A stretch of 52,692 bases of DNA from a virus (taxonomy: Duplodnaviria; Caudoviricetes). Below are positions 46,697 through 52,692 of the stretch, one piece after another (within the stretch, counting starts at the first letter, position 1; each line of letters begins with the position of its first letter). The position numbers were made by a program, and so were the translations under genes. The DNA is taken from IMG/VR virus record IMGVR_UViG_3300014827_000003, positions 1-52,692 of that record. One strand, given 5' to 3'. Below the pieces are notes generated by a model. The model was not told the DNA's origin and did not search any database. It was given only the letters and a program-made list of their open reading frames with translations.

Positions 46697-47289
46697 TGGA
46701 GATAAAAATGAGCTTGGGATTAATGGACGATGAAGAGAAAGCAAAACTACATAGCGAATTTGTTCACTATATCGTTGCTAAAAACTTAGAACTTTATGAG
46801 GAGATTAAAAAACTCAAAGAGCAGTTAAAGCGTGAGCAAGATTGTGTGGATAAATTTGTAATATCTAGATTTTGGTCTAAGGTCGATGTTAAGAAAAAGA
46901 ATGAGTGTTGGAATTGGAGGTCTTCAATTTCTAACGGATACGGAAAGTTTTCAATAGATAATTATCCTCATTCAGCCCACGTTATATCCTATAAATATTT
47001 CCATGGTGAATATGACAAAGAACTATGGATTGACCACAAATACATGAATCGGTCGTGTGTAAATCCTGAGCACCTAAGACTTGTTACTCCGAGAATAAAT
47101 GGAATAGAAAATAGCGGCGGTACTTCGGCTGAGAATTTTTTAAAAACTCATTGTAAAAATGGTCATGAATTTACGGCAGAAAATACATATCTAAGGAAAC
47201 ATGGCACTTACACACATAGGATGTGCAAAGCTTGTGCGAAAATATCAAAAAAACTAGCCCGATTAACCCAACAAAACAGGAGTGAGTGA
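46696..47289 (+). CDS. HNH endonuclease fused to coiled-coil N-terminus
   Basis: RFWSKV..CWNW...GYG...AH...IDH...CVNPEHL...N, THCKNGHEF. Confidence 0.85.
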   Translation: MEIKMSLGLMDDEEKAKLHSEFVHYIVAKNLELYEEIKKLKEQLKREQDCVDKFVISRFWSKVDVKKKNECWNWRSSISNGYGKFSIDNYPHSAHVISYKYFHGEYDKELWIDHKYMNRSCVNPEHLRLVTPRINGIENSGGTSAENFLKTHCKNGHEFTAENTYLRKHGTYTHRMCKACAKISKKLARLTQQNRSE

Positions 47290-47879
47290 TGAAAGTTCTT
47301 GTTGCTTGCGAATATAGTGGAGTTGTAAGAGATGCCTTTAAGCGAAGAGGTCACGATGCCATATCGTGCGATTTTCTCCCGAGTGACTCCCAGGGAGAGC
47401 ATTATCAGGGAGATGTCTTTGATATAATTAACGATGGGTTTGACTTAATGATCGCCCACCCTCCTTGTACTTATTTATGCAATAGCGGTGTTTCTTGGCT
47501 GCATAAAGATCCAACCAGATGGGGGAAAATGTTACAGGGAGCATTGTTTTTTAGAAACTTGTTAGATGCCAACATTCCAAAAATTTGTATAGAAAACCCC
47601 ATTATGCACAAGTATGCGTATGAGAGGGGTAATTTTATGAACTATAATCAAATAATTCAACCTTGGATGTTTGGACACCCAGAATCAAAATCTACTTGCC
47701 TTTGGTTGAAAGGGTTAAGTCCATTAGTAGAAACAAACAACGTAAAAGAAGAATTTCTAGCACTACCTAAAAAAGTAGCTCAAAGACTTCATTACTTACC
47801 ACCATCAAAAGATAGGTGGAAACTAAGATCAACAACGTTTCAAGGAATAGCGGACGCAATGGCAGAACAGTGGGGATAA
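47286..47879 (+). CDS. short phage-type cytosine DNA methyltransferase-like protein
   Basis: VLVACEYSG, IAHPPCTYL, IENP, QPWMFG, RS.TF.GIA.AMA.QWG. Confidence 0.8.
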   Translation: MMKVLVACEYSGVVRDAFKRRGHDAISCDFLPSDSQGEHYQGDVFDIINDGFDLMIAHPPCTYLCNSGVSWLHKDPTRWGKMLQGALFFRNLLDANIPKICIENPIMHKYAYERGNFMNYNQIIQPWMFGHPESKSTCLWLKGLSPLVETNNVKEEFLALPKKVAQRLHYLPPSKDRWKLRSTTFQGIADAMAEQWG

Positions 47880-47902
47880 TTAACCCAACAAAACAGGAGT
47901 GA

Positions 47903-48130
47903 GTGATGAGTAAAATTAAGAAAGGTGATTGCGTAATTAACTACTGTGAAAGCGAAGGGATTATCAATATAGGGTTCGTAATGGATGAGCCAAATGATAC
48001 AGACGAGCATGATTTACAGTTTTTCGACGGAGGGTCAGTAAGTCCAGTTAGCACTAGTGATAGTTACGCTATACCAGAAAAGCTAGGTAGATATTTGGAT
48101 AGTTTAATTCCGTTTATTGACGAAGATTAA
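47903..48130 (+). CDS. hypothetical protein
   Basis: Bounded by two junction repeats. Confidence 0.65.
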   Translation: MMSKIKKGDCVINYCESEGIINIGFVMDEPNDTDEHDLQFFDGGSVSPVSTSDSYAIPEKLGRYLDSLIPFIDED

Positions 48131-48153
48131 CCCAACAACAAAGGAGTGAGTGA

Positions 48154-48501
48154 ATGTTCTGGATAATATTACCTCTATTTAGTTTTATCCTCGGATGGTT
48201 TTTATCTAAACAGCATGAAGAAGACAGACTATCTTTTAGATTAAAAGAAGCAAGAGTAGGAGGTTTTTTAACAGGGAAAAGACATGGTATTTTTGTTAGC
48301 CATCTTCAAGCAAAGCAAACAATGAAAGAATTAAAAAAGTTTATTGCTGTTAAGTATCCCTATAGATCTAACGAACACGATAGAGAAATAACAAGTGTGA
48401 TATTTAGGCACCCATATGATAAAGCCATTTATGAGATATGCAATTTAACGGAGTACCAGGGAGTCACTAATTTGATACATAAAAGTGACAAGGAGAAATA
48501 A
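48154..48501 (+). CDS. hypothetical membrane-anchored protein
   Basis: N-terminal TM; follows junction repeat. Confidence 0.65.
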   Translation: MFWIILPLFSFILGWFLSKQHEEDRLSFRLKEARVGGFLTGKRHGIFVSHLQAKQTMKELKKFIAVKYPYRSNEHDREITSVIFRHPYDKAIYEICNLTEYQGVTNLIHKSDKEK

Positions 48502-48686
48502 TGGGAACAGCACACAGGTTCATATACGCTTTATTTATCGCGGAGTCTAACTCGCTGGCTTACGTTGGAAATAATAGATTCCAAAAGGGCGATGATCCTT
48601 ATAAGTTTATCTTTCTTGTACAGTGTGAATATCAAAGCTACTTTGAGGACCTACAGGATGAAATATATAATCACAATCGAAACTGA
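48501..48686 (+). CDS. hypothetical protein
   Basis: AAGGAG RBS. Confidence 0.55.
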   Translation: MGTAHRFIYALFIAESNSLAYVGNNRFQKGDDPYKFIFLVQCEYQSYFEDLQDEIYNHNRN

Positions 48687-48849
48687 CGATCACGAAGAAA
48701 GATTAGCGATATTGATGGCAATGGAAAATAAGATCAAGCTGGATAATATCTATTCAGAGGTATTTAGAAAGCATATTAAATATGAAGATGACCAAAGTAC
48801 GACATGGGATCTTGTTTGGGAAGAGTTGAGTCAATACCTAGAGGAATAA
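48658..48849 (+). CDS. hypothetical protein
   Basis: GAGGA RBS before ATG 48658. Confidence 0.6.
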   Translation: MKYIITIETDDHEERLAILMAMENKIKLDNIYSEVFRKHIKYEDDQSTTWDLVWEELSQYLEE

Positions 48850-48955
48850 GGGAGGGGAGTCCGAATAAATATCCCCCCACTTTTTACCCCTCCCACTTTT
48901 TTACCAGCATTTCGGAATAAACTTATAGCACACCTTATATGAAATTTTCTCAGAA

Positions 48956-49009
48956 GTTAGTGTAATTATTCCCCTAGAGGTTAGTGTAATTATCCCCTAG
49001 GAGTTAGTG
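48956..49009. repeat. ~24-bp tandem repeat, about 2.3 copies
   Basis: GTTAGTGTAATTAT(T)CCCCTAG.. twice plus GTTAGTG. Confidence 0.8.
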
Positions 49010-49680
49010 CCGAAATACTGGAATAAAAGTCACCCAACCAATTATAAATATTAGAATACCTTGTACAAATATTTGTAACAATTGTTGCCTGTTATTGTGC
49101 AATATTGCCAGAAATTTTATCCAAAAATAGCTGAAAATGTATCCAAAAATATCTATAAAAATCGGTGAAAATGTCAGCTTATTTTGGTGACAATTTTGGC
49201 GGAAATTGTTGCCGAAGAATATCTCCAAAAACTACTATTTTTCTATAGTTCCCAGAAAAAATATTTTCTCCCAGGATTTCCCCAAGGGCCTAATGGTATT
49301 TTTTTACACCACCTATTTTATGGGATTTTTTAGAAGTCATTTTTTCCGCGATTTTTATGATTTTTTGACCTATGTGATTTCCAATACTTAACCTACATAA
49401 CAATAATCACTACTTAGATCTGGACAAATGCGATGCCATGCCAAGTTTTTTTCTGCTATATAATTCAAATACTTGCAGTTCTATGCCCGATAATCTCAAT
49501 TTTTAGAGCTCTTTTTTCACTATATAAGGATACAATTTTCTTAATTACATACTATCACGGCCTTAGATGCATTTCATATTACATTACAGCTATTTAGGTA
49601 GTAATTACATGGTTAGTATTGGTATAAGTAATTGTTTTAATTAGAATTTAGAATATAGTTTGATTCAATGCGAAAATAAA

Positions 49681-49709
49681 TTAATATTTAGTGCAATGCA
49701 TGATATACT
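49681..49709 (+). promoter_or_regulatory. sigma70-like extended -10 promoter
   Basis: TTAATA-17 nt-TATACT with TG extension. Confidence 0.5.
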
Positions 49710-49744
49710 CTCTATATTGAAACAAACTAACAAAGGGTAAAACA

Positions 49745-49906
49745 ATGCAAACGAGACAAGTAGTTATTAAAGTAATTCCATTCAACCAGTTAAAACACGA
49801 TATTGGGCAACTTTCAAGCTTAAAAGAAGCTGATTTTGGGAGTCTTTTTATTAATTTAGGTGTTTTAAGCTTGTTAGTTTGTTCTATTTTAACAGTACTT
49901 AAATAA
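49745..49906 (+). CDS. small protein with C-terminal TM (53 aa)
   Basis: Own translation MQTRQVVIKV...; first ORF after promoter. Confidence 0.5.
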   Translation: MQTRQVVIKVIPFNQLKHDIGQLSSLKEADFGSLFINLGVLSLLVCSILTVLK

Positions 49907-49928
49907 TTTAAAAAAAGGAGTTACTACA

Positions 49929-50852
49929 ATGAAAAAAGTATTCAATAATTCACAACTTTGTCACATTTGGGCCAACGAATCACAAAGCGAGGGAAGTAAT
50001 CCAGGGAATAGCCTATACTTTGAAGCTACCGAAATTTATAGTTATGGAAGTCATTACCTAGCAGGGAAGATTTTTACCGTAAAAGGGGAAAAATTCGCAA
50101 TCGTGAATAACCACAATTATTCCAATGCTACGGCAAAGCATCTTGCGTGTATTAGATCGGCTTTGCACGGTAAAATGCCCTATTTTTGTTTACCCAATGT
50201 CTCTGACTCAAAAGACCGGGAAAATATCGATTATCTAAATCAAACTGTTTTTAATTGTTTAGACTCAATACTATCTAGCCGTAAACAATCGGGAAAATAT
50301 GATATTGACCGCCTTGAAAGTACCATTAAAAATGCTAACGAGTTTTTTACCCTAGTAAACGAAAAATTGATAGTTATTACAAGTGACTTTTTAGAACTAT
50401 TGAAGGAAGTGAATAGTGATAAGTTGGCCCTTAGAAAAGAGCGTGATGCCCTGAATAATAGCCCTGAAATGATTGCTAAAAAAGAGGCATCAATTAAAGC
50501 TAAAAACGCTTTATTGCAAGCTGAAAAAGCTTTATTGCAAGCTGAAAAGATTAATAAATTTAGATCGTTTGAAGCTAGATCAGTAAATATTAGACCTCAC
50601 CTATTAAGAATTAAAGACGATACAGTGCAAACAAGCTCGGGCGCAGATGTCCCATTGAATGATGCCATTAAATTACTTGAATTGGTACTTAGTGACCAAT
50701 GTAAAAGAGGGGATAAAATAGGTCATTTTTCACTTGATGGTGTTCTATATGATCAAGAAAATCGCGAAAGGGTTATAAAAATAGGCTGTCACGATATTTT
50801 GGTAAGCGAGGCCGTGGCCGTTTTAGGTCATTTAATTAAAAAGGAGATATAA
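49929..50852 (+). CDS. hypothetical early phage protein
   Basis: AAGGAG RBS; [13 protein letters not shown]-terminal IKIGCHDI. Confidence 0.75.
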   Translation: MKKVFNNSQLCHIWANESQSEGSNPGNSLYFEATEIYSYGSHYLAGKIFTVKGEKFAIVNNHNYSNATAKHLACIRSALHGKMPYFCLPNVSDSKDRENIDYLNQTVFNCLDSILSSRKQSGKYDIDRLESTIKNANEFFTLVNEKLIVITSDFLELLKEVNSDKLALRKERDALNNSPEMIAKKEASIKAKNALLQAEKALLQAEKINKFRSFEARSVNIRPHLLRIKDDTVQTSSGADVPLNDAIKLLELVLSDQCKRGDKIGHFSLDGVLYDQENRERVIKIGCHDILVSEAVAVLGHLIKKEI

Positions 50853-51327
50853 AATGAATTTAAAAGAAATATTAGATAATCATAAAAAATGGATAAGTAA
50901 TAGCGACGAAGGGGCCAGAGCTGACTTGCGTGGAGCTGACTTGAGGGGAGCTGACTTGCGTGGAGCTGACTTGAGGGGAGCTAACTTGTGTGGAGCTGAC
51001 TTGTGTGGAGCTGACTTGTGTGGAGCTGACTTGAGGGGAGCTAACTTGTGTGGAGCTGACTTGCGTGGAGCTGACTCAGACTTTTCGGTATTTAGAGGAC
51101 TATCCGGAATGAAATGGTTTGTTTTATTAAAAAATGATTCAGTAAAAATAGGATGCCAAGAACACACCTATAAATCGTGGAAGGAATTTTCAGATGATGA
51201 GATTTTTAAGATGAGCAATGGAGCGTTAGATTTTTACTACATGATTATTCCAGTTTTGGACTATCACTACAAAAATACTGAATGGGAAATTAAATAACCG
51301 TGGCCGTTTTAGGTCATTTAATTAAAA
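50812..51327 (+). repeat. 30-bp perfect direct repeats flanking pentapeptide paralog 3
   Basis: CCGTGGCCGTTTTAGGTCATTTAATTAAAA at 50812-50841 and 51298-51327; partial copy at 52103-52137. Confidence 0.92.
50854..51297 (+). CDS. pentapeptide-repeat protein, paralog 3
   Basis: 10 repeats; N- and C-termini nearly identical to paralogs 1 and 2. Confidence 0.9.
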   Translation: MNLKEILDNHKKWISNSDEGARADLRGADLRGADLRGADLRGANLCGADLCGADLCGADLRGANLCGADLRGADSDFSVFRGLSGMKWFVLLKNDSVKIGCQEHTYKSWKEFSDDEIFKMSNGALDFYYMIIPVLDYHYKNTEWEIK

Positions 51328-51375
51328 GGGATATGAAATGAGTGCATTAATAATATTAACCTTAAACAGTTTGGA

Positions 51376-51636
51376 GTGCTTAAGATGAGTTATATTACAA
51401 AATTTCAAGCCAGTAGTTACTTTGGAGTGTCTGATAAAAATAAAATCATGCGAGAAAATAAGATCGACGTAAAATTCGGTGTTGAAGAAGATTTTAACGG
51501 TGAATGGATTCTTAAAAAATCTACTTCATGCGGTAATTTACCGGATAAAATAAAAGAATATCGAAAAGCTAAAATCGCCTTAGAACTAGCTTATGAATCT
51601 ATTAAGATTAAAAGAGCTGCGTGGGATAACTTATGA
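51376..51636 (+). CDS. hypothetical protein
   Basis: Operon packing. Confidence 0.55.
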   Translation: MLKMSYITKFQASSYFGVSDKNKIMRENKIDVKFGVEEDFNGEWILKKSTSCGNLPDKIKEYRKAKIALELAYESIKIKRAAWDNL

Positions 51637-51827
51637 GTGCAAATTATTTAATTAGAGAGTATGACGCCCTTACTAAAATGATTAATGAATTGCCTAAGGG
51701 TTATATAAAAGACGCTTGCAGCCTATTACAAGATGCTTTTTATGAGCAAATAGGCTTTAATAATATTAAAGCTTGTCAGTTAAAAAATGTTATTAAATTT
51801 ATTCTAAATAATGAAGGTATTCAATGA
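51633..51827 (+). CDS. hypothetical protein
   Basis: ATGA coupling. Confidence 0.6.
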   Translation: MSANYLIREYDALTKMINELPKGYIKDACSLLQDAFYEQIGFNNIKACQLKNVIKFILNNEGIQ

Positions 51828-52120
51828 AAAAAGAATTAGAACAACTATGTCAACCTTTAAACGTTGATAAAACCGACGCAGAAATAATTGAAGAGTATGG
51901 GGAGTTAACTCTAGAGTTAGAAGAGAGCAAAGAAGCAATTGAAGAACATATGAATGATTTAGTTAATTACAAGAATGAGTTAGAAGAGATTGAGGAGAAC
52001 ATAGAGGCTTTTAGTGAATGGCTTAAAACGAATATTGAATCTCATTTTAAAACTGAGAGAGATAATACTTTTGATGAAATATTAACAGAATTTAACAAAT
52101 TATTTAGGCCATTTAATTAA
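51824..52120 (+). CDS. acidic coiled-coil protein
   Basis: Glu-rich helical composition. Confidence 0.65.
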   Translation: MKKELEQLCQPLNVDKTDAEIIEEYGELTLELEESKEAIEEHMNDLVNYKNELEEIEENIEAFSEWLKTNIESHFKTERDNTFDEILTEFNKLFRPFN

Positions 52121-52134
52121 AAAGGGATATTAAA

Positions 52135-52317
52135 ATGAAAAACCTAGACGAATATAAGAAAAAACCGGGATTAAAAAAGAGAAGCGACAAGGTAACTACT
52201 ATCAACTTAACGCTATCTCAGTGGATATTTTTAAAGGAAAATAACATTGATTTCAGCAAGTTAGTGAGAGCGTATTTACAGCAAATAATGTCCGAAAACA
52301 ACAAAAAAGAGGTGTAA
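52135..52317 (+). CDS. ribbon-helix-helix (CcdA/Arc-like) DNA-binding protein
   Basis: KVTTINL strand then ..FLKENNIDFSKLVR..L. Confidence 0.6.
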   Translation: MKNLDEYKKKPGLKKRSDKVTTINLTLSQWIFLKENNIDFSKLVRAYLQQIMSENNKKEV

Positions 52318-52318
52318 A

Positions 52319-52474
52319 ATGAGTTTAGTATTTATCGGATTAATTTCATTTTTTGGATCAATCGCAGCAAGTAATATGCAGAAAACTAATGAAGCAACTA
52401 AAAAGCAGAAAATCGAGATTGAGCAACTAAAAAGAGATATCGCAGCCACTAAAAAAGAAGAGGTAAAAAAATGA
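52319..52474 (+). CDS. small membrane-anchored coiled-coil protein (51 aa)
   Basis: Own translation MSLVFIGLISFFGSIAA...; GAGGTG RBS. Confidence 0.55.
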   Translation: MSLVFIGLISFFGSIAASNMQKTNEATKKQKIEIEQLKRDIAATKKEEVKK

Positions 52475-52566
52475 TTGTTAAATATACCTATGTTATAGCT
52501 ACTTTAATAGTAGCCATATTGGATGACAATGAATAAGTAATTAAAACAATAATTTAACACTTAATT

Positions 52567-52592
52567 AAGGCCTCTTTTTAGAGGTCTTTTTT
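52567..52592 (+). terminator. intrinsic terminator ending the early operon
   Basis: AAGGCCTCT-TTTT-AGAGGTCTT plus T run. Confidence 0.75.
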
Positions 52593-52615
52593 GTTGCCTT
52601 ATTCATGTCCTATTC

Positions 52616-52692
52616 CATCTAATCATCTAATCATCTAATCATCTAATCATCTAATCATCTAATCATCTAATCATCTAATCATCTAATCATCT
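52616..52692. repeat. 8-bp tandem repeat (CTAATCAT)n, right contig end
   Basis: 77 nt, same orientation as left end. Confidence 0.98.

Larger units (their letters stand above)
45441..48153 (+). repeat. four dispersed 28-bp gene-junction repeats ATTAACCCAACAA(CAA/AAC)AGGAGTGAGTGA
   Basis: Copies at 45441-45468, 47262-47289, 47879-47906, 48126-48153. Confidence 0.92.

Noticed and set aside
45441-48153. 28-bp repeats as a CRISPR array or integron attC sites
   Set aside because: Spacing is 247-1821 nt and contains whole genes; repeats are not palindromic; no cas or integron integrase
48956-49009. Mini-CRISPR array
   Set aside because: Units are directly adjacent with no unique spacers
52616-52692. 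Telomere-like terminal repeats of a linear genome
   Set aside because: Both ends have the same orientation and identical 77-nt length, which fits an assembly break in one array; no protelomerase or terminal protein gene seen

Overview
This window looks like an essentially complete genome (~52.7 kb, AT-rich) of a tailed dsDNA phage with a long non-contractile tail. The contig is broken inside an 8-bp tandem array (CTAATCAT)n, with exactly 77 nt of it at each end. Left to right it contains: a non-coding terminal region; a short leftward operon with an HNH-AP2 nuclease; a palindromic putative origin; an SF3-type helicase; terS; a C5 DNA methyltransferase; terL; an antisense Zn-ribbon/nuclease/GNAT (Hef-like) gene; Clp head protease; HK97-fold capsid; a displaced portal; collagen-like head fibres; neck and tail genes with a G/GT frameshift, tape measure and lambda-like tip; two fibre genes; a lysis cassette; a PolA/SSB/RecE-like/SNF2 replication module; and a repeat-punctuated array of small early genes. 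No integrase, tRNA, CRISPR array or reverse transcriptase was recognised. Lipoprotein and spanin-like genes imply a diderm host, which I cannot name. Most notable: (1) a Cys-rich, multi-domain fibre/adhesin gene with a classical Sec signal peptide, followed by a membrane peptide and a small lipoprotein; (2) a two-chain C5-MTase whose motif IX is encoded in an overlapping frame; (3) an early region built as gene cassettes joined by short direct repeats, including three pentapeptide-repeat paralogs; (4) a PolA with an atypical motif B. All family calls come from reading motifs by eye, not from database searches.
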